Assembly (NCBI GenBank): GCA_047495785.1
Contig: JBLDXI010000021.1
Location: forward strand, 2,356,001-2,420,000
Length of the DNA: 64,000 nucleotides
DNA from: Lepidodermella squamata
Lineage: Eukaryota; Animalia; Gastrotricha
Reading direction: 5' to 3'
In this document: piece after piece, positions 37,712 through 50,884 of the stretch
How the letters are laid out: every line of letters starts with the position of its first letter
How positions within the stretch are numbered: the stretch's first letter is position 1
Position numbers and translations under genes: made by a program
Notes under the pieces: model-generated
What the model saw: the letters and a program-made list of their open reading frames with translations, nothing else
Told to the model about the DNA's origin: nothing
Database searches by the model: none

Positions 37712-38341
37712 CTAAGAAAATAACTAAAATAGAAAAGGAAGCAACTAAAATCATTGATAGCCTTGTAAAATCGGCTTTGCTGGCACGCTCATATCAGGAA
37801 TGCTATTATGGCTGGTATATTTTTACTATCAATTTGTCAGCATTCAAGGTCTGCCGAGAGAAAATTTAAAATTGAAACAATGGATTGGAGGTGACTATAT
37901 CGATTACGGCGAGTTCAGCTGATAGACGGCAAGTAGGTAGGGGGGTAGGTAGGGTACTGACAAGCCGAGCGCCGCGAACGACTCAACGACATGACCATAA
38001 GGTCAGCGTAGTGGCTAGTCCGACAAGCATCCGAGAGAAATGTACTGGATGCACAGCCCTTCTACTGAACGCCCCTAACTGGGCCTGACTGAGGATGACG
38101 ACAAAATATTTAGATGTTGGTTCCTCTGAGCATTACCATTAGAGGAGTATGGCCACCCACGTCTACGCCCTTAAGCGGTGGCTGCGGGCGTATCCGTGTC
38201 AGAAGCTCGAAATCGTAAGTCGCGCCACATCAGTCAAAAGTCATAAGCTAAAAGCATCCAAGAGCGACACCAGTCGATCGCACTTCTACTAAGTCAGCTG
38301 TCAGCTTCAAATGTCAGCTGATGTTCATCGCTTTGATAATC

Positions 38342-38355
38342 GTTGCCATAGTAAC
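38342..38355. promoter_or_regulatory. RFX X-box in the vasohibin/CHMP7 divergent promoter
   Basis: GTTGCCATAGTAAC matches the X-box consensus GTNRCC-N-RGYAAC. Confidence 0.6.
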
Positions 38356-38656
38356 AGCAAGACATATAGCAAATAATATAAAATTAATTTATGAAAAATT
38401 TAAATAATAATTTGACATTTATGACTGTAAAGCCTTGACCAAGAAAAGAGCGCGCATTTTTTGTCCTTGAGGGCTTTTTACGTTTTATGCTTGCATGTTT
38501 CATTAGCATCTCTGCGCCAAGTCTCGCACACAGCATCTCTACGGCATGCAACCACGTGTGACTCATGCATGTTCTTGATTTCATCTCTCATTCTCAAACA
38601 TGGTGCTCACATTTAACCCCATGAGAGTCATTGATGACTTGGTTAGAATTATGAGT

Positions 38657-38676
38657 GGATGGATGGATGGATGGAT
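38657..38676. repeat. (GGAT)x5 microsatellite
   Basis: Directly visible. Confidence 0.8.
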
Positions 38677-39069
38677 TTATAAGCCCAATCGCCAGTTGCC
38701 CGACGATATGTTTGGGCATCAGTTTGAGAGTTTAGCACCCGAGTCACCGCTGTAGCGATGTTTTACACGGGCCAAGTGGCACAAAGGAGTAGAAAAATAA
38801 ATTAGAAAAATAACGTACCTGAAGTTAGCGGGCCATCCCCTGGCGGGCCACCCTTCCGTGTTACTTAAATTGTGATTTCTCGGTGTCGATGATTTGATTT
38901 GATTGATTTAGTCCCGAAAAAATGGGACAATGATTGATTTTGATTGATTGAAGGAGGTTCGTGATCTAAGCTGTAAGTCTAATCAAATCCAGCAGCTCAG
39001 ACTTGCAATGCTCAGCCATGTTTATTTTCGAATTTCACGTAGACATTTTTCTTCAACATTTTAGGTCTC

Positions 39070-40705
39070 ATGGAGAATTTGATTGATGCCGCCGGGGGAG
39101 ATGAAGTGCGACTTTCTGTGCTCATGTCTACCCTGCCAGGCGCCAATGCAATCCAATGGACTTCTACGGTCGACTTTTGGAGAGCACGAATTATGAATTA
39201 CTGCAGACACAATAAGCGGGCTTATTTTACTCCCGCCGAAGTCTTCGATGCATTTCAAATTGGGGACAAAAAGCCTTGGTGCCTTCCAGACGTGATAACA
39301 GATCTAATAAGGTTTTTTCAGTTGATGGGAGAGAAACATTTTTCAATTTTATTTTTACCCAGCAAGAATACTATTGTCGATTCTTTTACTATGGAGTCCA
39401 AGTTCAGTTGGCAATCGTGGGCCCTGAAGCAGTTTGTGTGGACACCGTTCGAAATGATCAGTTCCAGCATCAAGTCATATATCCCTTCACAGCCAACGGC
39501 ATCTTCTCAAGTGGAGAAACATCAACTACCCATAGCCTTAATGAGTCAAAATCTGTTCATTCCGTCTTTAATAGAGGTAAATTAATGCCATGGTTTATGG
39601 TTAACTGATAATAATAGTTTTGGCTATTGACTGCAGGAGTTTTCCGGAAAATATAAGCCTGTGAATAACGACGCTGACTCTTTTGATATGGTATTTTCCC
39701 CTGATGAATTCTGTTCCAAGCATCTGCCGGAAATTAAATGCGAGAAGACTAGACACTTTATCTTAGAGACATGGAAATCACAGGGAGTAATCAAATATGG
39801 CAAATTTAAAGGTCAAGAGGTAATTTCTATTGTTAAGCGTTCAATTCAATAATGGGATATTCTTGATTCAATCAGATCATCAAATTCGGCAATTCACCAG
39901 TTGATGAGCACGATTTTAATAAACTACAGCTGAAAGTTAGTATTTGCAACATGGAAGAAAAAATTCAATCCCGTGAAACGGCACACGAAGAAATGATGGA
40001 TAAAGTGAGTTGCTGATCTTCAATTTCCCTTCAAAATAACAACGTTTGCTTGTGCAGGTTCGAAATTCTCTTAAAAGTAATAACAAGCTGGCTGCGAAGC
40101 GCTTTTTGCGGCAGGCTAAAGTGATACGAGAGGAAATCGACAAATTAAGTTTGTATTTTTATTGCTTTTTATTTAAATTTCGTGTTTATAATTAATTGAT
40201 GATTAAGGAATAAATTGTGAGCGGTTACATGACGCAAAATCGACAATTGAAACCGCTGTGTTGAATGCTGAGGTAAGCGAAAGGTTTTGTTGCTCGACAA
40301 ATATAATCAAAAGTGTTTTAATTAGTTTGTTGGTGCTGTGAAGAACAGCGCGGACGCTTTGAAAGCTTACGCGACTCCGAAGCGCGTTGATGAAGTTCAT
40401 GACGCTTTGGATGATATTGCAGAGGTTGGATTTCCATGTTTTTCGCTAAAGCTTTACAGGAATTTATTTCAATTTAGCAAACCGCATTGGCAAATGAAAT
40501 TTCGTCAGCTTTATCTTCGCCGTCGAGTCCCGCCGCCTGCGACACTGCTGAACTGGAAGAGGAATTGGCCAATTTGATCATGGCTGATAAACCCAAAGCT
40601 CCATCTCTCGAGTTATCCGATCTTCCAGCTACGCCAAGTGGTGCGCTGAAACCCAACAAGGTGCTAGATCAGGGTACTCCGAAAGTCGCCACATTAGCTT
40701 CCTGA
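39070..40705 (+). CDS. CHMP7: ESCRT-III-related protein CHMP7 (winged-helix N-terminus plus Snf7 domain), multi-exon
   Basis: VDFWRARI and KPWCLPDVI N-terminal segments, AKRFLRQ coil, TPKRVDEVHDALDD, and an ELEEELANL...LSDLP Snf7-type tail. Confidence 0.8.
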
Positions 40706-43700
40706 TAATTCATCATTGTTTATGGCTGCCAAACCGCCTTCTTTTTCACCAGCCTGCTTTGTTTGATCAAAAATATATCCGCTTGTTGACTGAATTTGAT
40801 TGAGCGCCTATTTTTATTCAAGCCTCAGTACGGTGTCATATAAAGAGTACAGTTTTTTACGCTATCTTTCTTGGCTTTCATTATTGAGAAAGGTTTGATT
40901 GACGATTTGATGAAATAAATTGTTTGGGATCAACAACCTGCACTCAACCTGTCTCTAATTTGATCCTAAGATTATTGCGGCTTGACATCAGCATATGTTA
41001 TTGAGTTACGGAGTAGTCCGGTGACTTACTGGCGACTTCAATGAGATCGTAAAATGGCGGGTATGAATGATTTTATATGTGTCTAAAATGTGTCTATATA
41101 GACTCATAAATAAGGAAATAGGAAGGTGTCGCTAGGGGAGTAGCGCGGCCAGTCCTCAAAAAATGCTCGTTCACCGAACGTCTCAGCGCTGTCTGGTCCC
41201 AGGCGGCACGAGTTGCGCTCAACACCGCGCAGTGGCGTAGCCAGGGCAACAGGATTCTTATGTGCGACGCGAAATTTTCGATAGCTTTCATTTCCGCTTG
41301 TTTTTACTTCCGACAGTAGTTCGGATGAGAAAGCGATTTTCAATAGCATAATGCAGTTTTTTACAGTTTCGAAATAGCGCTAATGCCACAGCGAGAAAAC
41401 TTCGTGACTCTCAATGACGGAGTGCATGACGCTCTCTGGTGTATATTTATCTTGAAAGTCGATCATGCTTCTTTGAACTTGCTTCTTTCATCAAGAGAAC
41501 TCAAGTAAATCAGATTTACATAGGTAGGTGCAGCGATCAACATAGGTAGACGTTCTTTCAATTTTTTAGTACAGCAGCAAGCCTTGTCTATAGACTGGTA
41601 CAATGAGGGGAATTAGTACAAGCCGTGTTCAACTTTTAGCGATAATAATTATTGATTTGGGGTTTAGCCATATGAGCCTGATAATATCGATCTGCTTATT
41701 TTCGTAGTGACCTGGGAAGTGATTTCCAGCCATGTTTAGAATATCGCAGATGGCCTTACTCCTGCTATTCATCGCTGTACGAAATACAACTCTTGTCAGC
41801 CATGACATCCTGATATCGCTGATCTCATGTAACTTTTGAATTTTTATCATCGAGATGTGCCTTGATGGCATGCAAAATAATCGTTAGTTTCGACTTGAGC
41901 TATTTTGTTTTACCTAGCTTCTTATGCGGGAGAATCAAATTTCGCTCATAAAATAACACCTTTGCACCTGGAGCGCTTTCCTGCTAATCGGAAATGTATT
42001 TCTCGATTATTAATGACTGCTGCACACTCTTATCAGTTTTTAATCTTCACAAACAGCCATTTTTAACAATTTATACCGAACATTAATAGGACCGCGTTTC
42101 ACAGCTGATCTATTTTCCCGGATTTTTCAAACTTGATTTCATGACCTTTCTTATTACCAACACATTACTTAATATCAGGCGCTAGAAACCACGTAGTACC
42201 GCCAGGAAAACACATTTTATAGCGGAAGAGAGGATTTTATGATGAACAACAGAGACAGTTTCTGTATAACGCCAAATTTGATTTTACTGCTGCGTTTTTA
42301 TAAATGCGCTTTACGCTTAGCTGTGAGAATTATTGATTCATCAACTCACTTGTATAATTTCAGGCGAAAATATTCCGTGCGCGAGAAAAGCTAGCGTTTG
42401 CATATTATATGGGCATCATGTGAAATATTCGAAAAGCCATGGGAGGTAATACTGCTATTTATGCGACTGTCGTTTTTTACTGAGCTTCGCGAGGACACCA
42501 GTTAAATCTAAATGATATTTTTTTGGAAATTATCGACTTCATGTGCTATGTACAACCGTATTGCGCTCTGATTAATTTTTTCTGGTATAAAAAATGTAGT
42601 TCATATCGTGTGGGTGGGGGTCCCCAGCGCGTACGATGAACTCTTTGGTATGCGGCAGCCGGTCGGCTAAATATCAGGCGGCAAATTTTTATCAAGACGG
42701 CAGTTTTTTCAAATTTGCCGGCGTAAATTTGTCCATGATATAAAGCGCAGAGGCCATCGGCGATTATACAAGGCAATATCTTTGCGTGAACGCGATGTAT
42801 TTCGTCGCATAACCAAATTATAGTTTCGCTCACTTAGACTGCGCTCATTTTTTTGTAGATTTTCGCAATCGCAGTATGCATCTGCGATGATCGTTTTTTA
42901 TTGCCTCAGAGGCGTCCCATCTTCTCCAGTATTGTAAAATGACAAATCTTCTCTCAATAGCGGCTCTTGATTCGTTGTAGATTGCGCCGACCATCATACC
43001 GCACGTTTTTATTAACAAAAATGCGGCTTCAAGACCTCCTCGCAGACAGACTTGTTTCGTGTTTCTTTCTAGGCTTCCGAAGTTAAACAATACTGCCAGT
43101 GCAATCAAATCCAGCCATCGATCTCGAAATTTTACCGTTAGAGGTTTCCGCGAGTCAATCAAGCGCAAATATTATTAATTTGCCTTCTCTTTCTCAATTC
43201 TGTTTGCGCGAGGGTGAGCGCGTTGGAGTGGAAAATAGCCTTATTACAACATCAATATGGACTATTTTCATTTTCAATTAGTTACCTGTTTTATTTCCCA
43301 GCTGACCTATTGGAAATTGCTCTTATATTTAACTTCGATAAATTACATTACTCCTGTGCAAAAGAACTATCGCTCATCGGTGGTAAGTGGTAAGACGTGT
43401 CTGTGATACAGGTCTGTTTTCCCATATCCCCACTAAAAATGCTGTTAGCTGCTAGTTCAGATCGTCACTTCTTGTCTAGAAAATTAATTCTTAGAATAAG
43501 TACCGCTATACCGCTGTATGAACGATGCTCTGCTGTGGAAAGGATCCGAGAGCTGTCTGTGATGTGTTGTCGGAAGTGTCGAGAAAAGGTCATATGGACG
43601 TTGAGGAAATGTCCTATGAGTACTTTTGAATTTTTAAAGTTGTATCCCCTGATTAAAAATCTAATAATACACTGAAAATGCTATTGAAAGATTATTATCC

Positions 43701-45642
43701 ATTGATTGCCGTTATTCGTTCGCTGCGATAGAAGTATAAATATTGCTGGCTAAGACCGCACATCTTATGCGTAGTGGACAGTTGTTGCCTATGTCTTTCG
43801 TGTCTTTCACATCCAGTGGTTTACGCTATATCGGCTTCGTAACCTGGGTTTTTATTAACAAATCACATTTCAGCAAAATCTTCAAATTGCGCTGAGATAG
43901 TTATTGTCCATGTTTCCAGGAATTACCGCATGCAATACTCATCATTATATCAGGATCCAGCAAATAGCATCAAGTCAGCGAAGCACTTAGATGTAAAAGT
44001 TGTTTTACCAGAAGCCTATAAACACGAGGCGCACATTTTCTGCGATCGCTTACGCGCTGGTAATCGAATATAACCATTCTTCCGAATCTTATCTATGGAA
44101 CATGTACATGGAACACGTATAAGGGCGACTGGTTTGCCAAATTACCAACGCACATTAAGTTCAATTTTTTCTCCTTCATTTTGAAGCGAAGCGAGCACAA
44201 ATTCAATTTTGCTTCTGAGTTTCACTTTTTGCAGCGACGGACGCAGAAGTATATAAAAAATATAAAATACTCCGATGCGGCGTGCCCACAATGCGATAAG
44301 TTTGGCCGAAAACATATCATTACAATATTTTATTTCGCTAAATTACTTAGCTGCCGTCTGTCGATTTGCACTCCGCATATTTTACGACGAAAACATTGTT
44401 TTTTTCGTTTTCTTGTTCTCAAAATTTCAATGTTGATTTTCAGACATATAAAAGTTATATAATAAGGCTAATAGGATTAGAATTTCACGTTAAATGAAAT
44501 TGAATGGCTTGAGACTTCTTCCTCTGCCGCATCTTTCAACATATCGCCGATATAAATTATTCACAATTCAGAACCCCGCAAAGCGAACTTTTCTCGCATT
44601 ACAAGGCGATTTCACCCAATCGATCAAGGTAGAAAATGCTATTCGCTTCAATTACCAAGGCCTGTGGTGCCGTGGCGTTTTTTCTTTGAGGATTGACCTT
44701 TTGCCCTTACTGGTAATATCAGCATCAGCTGTTATCCTATCGCTTAGCATCCACGATATTATTTGTTTTATTGTTAACAGACCACCCGGTGAAAAAACGC
44801 ATTCGCCGCACGAAACCTCGTATATAATTCAACCGCCCTCCCAAATTTTTCTCGCACATCAATGGAAATAGCATTATAATGTCTGCAAGCGCAACATTCT
44901 TAATGCTGTTATTACTATTTTTATTTGTTATTGTTATAAATACATTTTTTAGCGAAAATCGGCGGCTAACGGACACTTTTGCCCTATATGCTCTAGTACA
45001 TATGCCGGTATTATTGTGCGATTGACTATCCAATTTATACTCAGCATGTACATTATACCTTCCCACGTTCTCGGTATAGTGATTCTGGTTCAACGTACAA
45101 TCGCCGGTATCATTTTGTTTGGCGCGTTTGATCGACTGTTATGAGGCTTCCAATTGGCCACTTCGCGTAGCCGAAAAACGCAACGAACCGATTGCAGAGA
45201 AATATATTTTTTCAGATCGTATTAGGAATAGGCTTTGTTATTTATTGTTTTTATTAACGCGTCGAATCTGATGATGGCTAGTGGCCGAATGGAGTTTTTC
45301 AAGAGTACAATATAGAGATTTGTTAAGTCATATATTCTGATCTGTCTGCCATCATTTGCTAGTTGTCTAGGATTTTAAACAAAACGATTGAAAGCGATAA
45401 CAGGAATCCGACGTACTTACAAATTGCCGATGGGTTACGCTTCGCTTGAACTGCGCAACCCCGGCCGTTTGCCGACTTAGTTGCGCCCGGCGTGTGAGCG
45501 CAATGCCGATTGCTTTCGTTGTCGTTGCATCATCTTCATCATCATCAATTTTTTCTGAGTCGAAACATAACCAGTTAAAGATCAGTTGCCTATCGCGAGT
45601 CGATCCCCGGAAGCCGCCTTGCCAGACCGCGGCGCACCCCCG

Positions 45643-48092
45643 ATGTCAACTAGCCCGTCTAGCCCGTTGTCGGCGAGCACCAGCGACCCTGACTGCAATT
45701 TCGCCCTAGTCATACCCACCACCCTCGGCAATTTGACTAACATCGCCGATGCCATCATCCGGTCGACGCACATGTCGACCAAGCTTATGGCGCCACTGCC
45801 AACAGTGTGGAACCCAGTGCGCAGCGCCAACACCCAACTGCCACCGTTCCTGCAACGCAACATCGACACATCGCCGCCTTTACTATCCACTTCAGCCGAC
45901 GAAAACGTGTCGTTGCTGGATGACTTTGACCTGTTCGGTGTTCCGTTCGCGCAGAGTGGTCACACGTGGCTGCACATAATTCTCGCTACATTGCTCATCG
46001 TCGCCATCATGATCATCATTATTTTCGGCAATGCCCTCGTCATCATCGCTGTTCAAGCAGATAAAAGTCTAAAGGGCATTCAAAACTACTTTATTGTCTC
46101 GCTAGCCGTGGCTGATCTTCTGGTAATTAAATTTCGATTCTCTCATCGACTTTGACTAATTTTCTTCTGTTTTTCATCTTAGGTGGGTCTGACTATCATG
46201 CCTTTATCTCTAGCAGTTGAACTGATGGGAAAATGGATATTTGGACAAATCGCTTGCAATCTTTGGCTCGGTGGAGATGTAAGCGCTCTCAATTTCATCC
46301 CGAAACTTTCATTAATGCTTCTTATGATGCCTTCTTAGGTCCTGCTATGCACAGCTTCGATTTTGAACCTCTGCATGATCAGCATCGATCGATATTGGTC
46401 GGTTACGCTGGCTGGTCAGTACACGGCTCGTGTGCGGAAGCACCGCGTCACAGTCATGATTGTTCTCGTTTGGATCCTGTCGACTCTGATCAGCCTGCCG
46501 CCGCTGGTCGGCGTGGCGCGGCGTAGCTCACGCGAAGACGAGTGCGAGCTTATGGACGACTTGTGGTACATCATCTACTCAACTTGTGGCTCTTTCTATG
46601 CGCCGCTCGTTGTCATGATTGTCGTCTACATTCGAATATTCGTCATAGCACGGCGAACTGCCCGGAAATCTGCTTTCAAGTTAACTAAACAGCTTCAACA
46701 AAAACGCCACAAACAGAAGCCTACGCCTGTTGCTGCTCAAATCAAAGGTATAACTTCAATTACAATTCTTCAGGATAATAATCAGTTTTTTTTTTATTTT
46801 AGGCTTGGCAGCCTTAAGTGCTCCGCCTAACAGCTGTGCTGCTAACGAAGTGACAAGTCCTAATAAAGAGAACCAAACGGCGGATACGCCTGCGGGGAGC
46901 GTTAATTTGACTGCTGAGAATCTCACGGTGATGAAAAATGTGGAGAACGGTGATATTGCGGGCGATCAGCCGGCGGCAGGTCACATTCCCGTCGCCGCCA
47001 GACGAACTGTTAGCCGCGAGCCAAGCAAGCCGAGCAGGTTCCGGCGATTCCTCCACCTGCTGCTGCTCAGAAAATACTTCCGCCGACGCAGTTCGTCAAC
47101 CAGTGGTGAAGATGCTGTTGGATTAGCTCTGTTGCGCAGGTCAGCCCAAGAATCAGTTCGCAGCGTTAGGAGTATTCGCACGGATGGCGACGATGACATT
47201 CGAAGCAGCGTGCGCGCCGGTAAAGTTGTGATGAGCAACGATCATGCCATCCACCAAGCGTCGTCAATGCTTGGCAACGTTGCCATGAGCTTGGCTGTCA
47301 TTCCCCGCACCGCACGCAGACGTGACTCCACGGCTTCGGAATTGCCGAATATTCTAAAGTCGCTCGCCGCTCCCGAGCTGCATCAAGTCGCTTTTGCCCC
47401 TATATCTTCGCCAGGTTTTTACCCCATTTAAAGATAGTGTATTAATTATTAAGCGGATTTTTTCTACAGCTGTTCGACAATCAACAAGCAAATCTTCGCC
47501 GGAAGATTCTGAGAGGCCGCTCGAAACAGCCGAAACTAAAGAGGAGGACGGTTCCTCCCCTGACAAGCCGGCTGTGAAAAGTTCTGTTTCAGGATTCAAG
47601 AGTAATAAAAAGGAACCTGTCGTTGCGCCCCAGTTGTCGCTAGCTGAGGAGGTTGAACGGCGGAAGAAACGTCTTGCTAAAGAGCGCGAGCGGCGAACAA
47701 CTCGAATCCTAGTCATTATCATGCTTAGTTTCATTGGCTGCTGGTTTCCTTTTTTTACACGTAAATTTCGCATAAATACTTTTCTTCAACTTGCACCTTT
47801 CCATCTGTTAACAGTTTACCTAGTTTCTGCGCTTGCAAAATGGGATGTGAACCGATTCATTTTTGCAACATTTTTCTGGTAAGCTCTCTTTTGACATTTT
47901 GAACAAAAATGGTTTCATATAATCATATATTATGCTTTAGGTTGGGATATTTCAACTCTGCGTTAAATCCTGTTTCCGTACGTTTCTCCTCATGTTTTGT
48001 TACGCACCTATATAATTGATTTCCTTACACAGTATGCTGCGTTCAATCAAGATTTTCGCGCGGCATTCAAGCGCCTTCTCAAAATGAAATGA
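45643..48092 (+). CDS. Class A biogenic-amine GPCR, alpha2-adrenergic/octopamine-alpha2-like, ~8 exons
   Basis: GNALV, QNYFIVSLAVADLLV, TM3 D..CTASILNLCMISIDRYWSVT, TM5 WYIIYSTCGSFYAP, a long ICL3, CWFPFF, FFWLGYFNSALNP, and a short C-tail AFNQDFRAAFKRLL. Confidence 0.9.
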
Positions 48093-48374
48093 TACATCGG
48101 TGATATTACTATTTGTGTGAGCTGTCCGGCGGATGAGGAGCCATCGACAGAATCCTTATACTAGTCATCCGATCAGCCTAGCTATTTTTTATAATCATAC
48201 TAGACTTGTTTCAGCTTTCATGTTCAAACGAATTCAGATTCAAAGGTGTCCTTTATTTTAATTGAGAATCGAGAGTAAAAATGCAAAACGACAAAGTTTG
48301 GCACCGTATTATCGCATGTATTATCGAGTTGGTATCTCAAGTTTTTCTGAGAAAGCGTATAGCTTCAGGAATCT

Positions 48375-49105
48375 CTATTGAGAGTAGGCAAAAGCTGATA
48401 GATCTACGCCAGTAAGATCTTCGTAGAAATTTGACTGACTGCTTTCAGCTGTGTCATCTATTTATTGAAAAATTTGTAAATTAGCAAATCGAAGTTTATT
48501 CTCAGTTACCTGAAGAAATCGCATTACTCGTTGGTATGAGTAAGCTGTTTCGAGCAGAAAAACTTTCAAGCGATTCGACGTACGCCGTGTTAGCAACATT
48601 CGTGGACCGCAGATTTTCCTATGAGAGAAGGCAGCCTGCTATAATTAGCAGTGGTAAGATGAGACAAAAGTACGAGTTCTTTTCTTTTGACGGCAATATC
48701 TTCCTTCATTTCAATAATGCGCTGCTCCAGGAACTTCTTCTTGCAGTCAGCTTCGACAGTAGCAACAAAGCAGGATGCCGCTTTTTCTGCCTATGAGTCA
48801 TGCGTTCAAAAATACGTCTGATATTTTGAAATTGTGCACAAACCAAGTTGAGAATTTCATCACTCAATTTCTTGTTTTTTCTTTGAGACAAGGTGATTTC
48901 ATTGCGCATAGTCTCGACTTCTGCTCTAACTTGACACAAATAATTCAACAGCAATTAACGGGAACTTTCACCGATGTTAAAACAAAAACCTACCGAAAGC
49001 CACTGCATTAGATAGCGAAGCAGCGGTGTCTTCAGCAAATTCCAGCTCTTGGATAATATTCGTAAATCTTTTCGCAATGGCTGATGCTTTCTCCGAGTTC
49101 TCCAT
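48375..49105 (-). CDS. Small coiled-coil protein of unknown function, 5 exons
   Basis: MENSEKASAIAKRFTNIIQELE... joined through phase-compatible GT-AG introns to VRAEVETMRNE..., ...FLEQRIIEMKEDIAVKRKEL, ENLRST... and a last exon ending FAYSQ*. Confidence 0.6.
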
Positions 49106-49622
49106 AGTTAACACTTCCCACGCGTGTTCGACTTAAGATCAAAGTTAACTTTCGATGAAAAAACAAAGGAATGTTTGTAACAAAGATTCTCGATTTATTT
49201 ATTCGTTCGATAAAGTATATTAAATTTCGAATAGGGATGCACGATAAAATTTCGATAAATAAGAAAAATGATAATATATTTTAATGATAGGCAAGACTGA
49301 CTAGTTTGGCAGAAATATCATGAAAGCCAATCAGGAACTTGATGAATTATAAACGTTTCTTCTAATGTCATAGGTCTTTCAATATAATTTATCAATAAAA
49401 TTGAGAATATTGTGCAACACGTTAAAATCTCAACAAGTATCCAAGTAAAAGATAATATTATTTGATCAAGTATAAAGCAGGTCAAGTTAGACAGGGTCGA
49501 GATTTAAATAACAAGACATGATTATCAATTATAAAACTCTGTACAGATTGCATATCTCTGTCGCCACAGTTGACTGACGATAGCACAACGAGAGAACTGC
49601 GACATGAAATTTTCTGGTGTTG

Positions 49623-50765
49623 TTAATCGCATTTGAAGATGTGAATGACAAAGTGATGGTTATCAATCTCAATGCAGCAGCGCAAGTCATCTTGGCCTTC
49701 AAGCCAATTTTCAGACGAGTCATATATCTGATATTTAGCTACAAAGTCGTCTGCTAATTCTGAAGCTTCTGAATCGCTAACATTCCTTCGCTCTTTCAAT
49801 ACAGGCAAGCAATGTTCCGTAAACAATTTGATGATCCTGTTTTCATCTGCATTAAATTGCATGATAGGCAGCACGAAGAAACCAGGACGTAGCAGACTAA
49901 GTGAATCGTGGACAGACTCAAGAATGAGGCGACTTAGGTGTGTGGGCACATTATTCGTGATTGTTCGGCAGCTAACCAAACAGTCGAGATATCTCTGCCG
50001 CCAAGAGGTCACGCCTCGTCCCCAGATGATTATTGGGAAATTGCCGATTGTAGCTAGCGTCATACAGGCTAGCATGCGCCCAGTCCTGCCATTGCCATCT
50101 TTGAAAGGGTGGATAGCCATGAAATGGTAGAGCAAATAAGCAGCTAGCTTAATAATTTTCTTCACCAAGATAACTTTGGATGCCCCGTTATCGAACATTC
50201 GCCGTATTTCGGCGTTGTAATCGTCTACTAAGGCATATAATTGATCTTCGATCACGCCTGGGTCGGGGTATGTATGATCATATCCTCTAGGTTTAGCGGA
50301 CGCAGTACGAAACTCCGACAGATTCCCATTCTTAGAGCCAATAATGCGCGAGTGAAGCCTACGAATGCTCTCGACTGATAGTAGCATATAGTCGATATCA
50401 CACTCCCCGTCCTTGATGTCGCATAACATTTCCAGTAAAAATGATTTCGAGTAGATCAGAGCGTTGAACAAGTTGCGAGTAACGACCTCTCTAGGTGTGG
50501 CTGAACTTGAAACGGGTGAGAGAGCATCTTCTGTTTCACCGACACTCACCGTGCCTATCTGAGAAATGCGGTTGGAACACAACACCCAAGCCACGGCGTT
50601 ATTTTTAAATGATATTTTGTGTTCGTTCGAGATTACACATTTCAGCCCAGAAGATGGCAAAGGAATCTCAATATCCAGTTCATCCAATTTTTTTACAATA
50701 TCCTCTGCAAGTGAAGTCGAGTCTGAACTGTTTGTTTCATCAGAAAAGTCAAAATCCACAAGCAT
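49623..50765 (-). CDS. Fic-domain protein (copy 1), intronless
   Basis: HPFKDGNGRTGR catalytic motif, EFRT flap, and YLDCL helix. The likely ATG is at 50765, 20 nt after a ttttatttag acceptor. Confidence 0.9.
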   Translation of the reverse strand: MLVDFDFSDETNSSDSTSLAEDIVKKLDELDIEIPLPSSGLKCVISNEHKISFKNNAVAWVLCSNRISQIGTVSVGETEDALSPVSSSATPREVVTRNLFNALIYSKSFLLEMLCDIKDGECDIDYMLLSVESIRRLHSRIIGSKNGNLSEFRTASAKPRGYDHTYPDPGVIEDQLYALVDDYNAEIRRMFDNGASKVILVKKIIKLAAYLLYHFMAIHPFKDGNGRTGRMLACMTLATIGNFPIIIWGRGVTSWRQRYLDCLVSCRTITNNVPTHLSRLILESVHDSLSLLRPGFFVLPIMQFNADENRIIKLFTEHCLPVLKERRNVSDSEASELADDFVAKYQIYDSSENWLEGQDDLRCCIEIDNHHFVIHIFKCD

Positions 50766-50884
50766 CAATGCAATTAACAAGTTTCCTAAATAAAATAAAA
50801 ACATAATAATCATAATTTGAATCGGTTTAATCATAAAAATCACCGCACTAAGGCAACAACAAGTCTTAGTTCAAACGATTAGTA

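Noticed and set aside
40800-45500. Short ORFs upstream of the GPCR, and similar ones at 8.4-10.9 kb
   Set aside because: AT-rich with no recognisable domains, terminal repeats or transposase/RT motifs.
50766-50843. Hydrophobic N-terminal extension of the Fic1 ORF as a FICD-like TM anchor
   Set aside because: It comes from a GTG start in AT-rich spacer upstream of the acceptor (ttttatttag) and is most likely untranslated.
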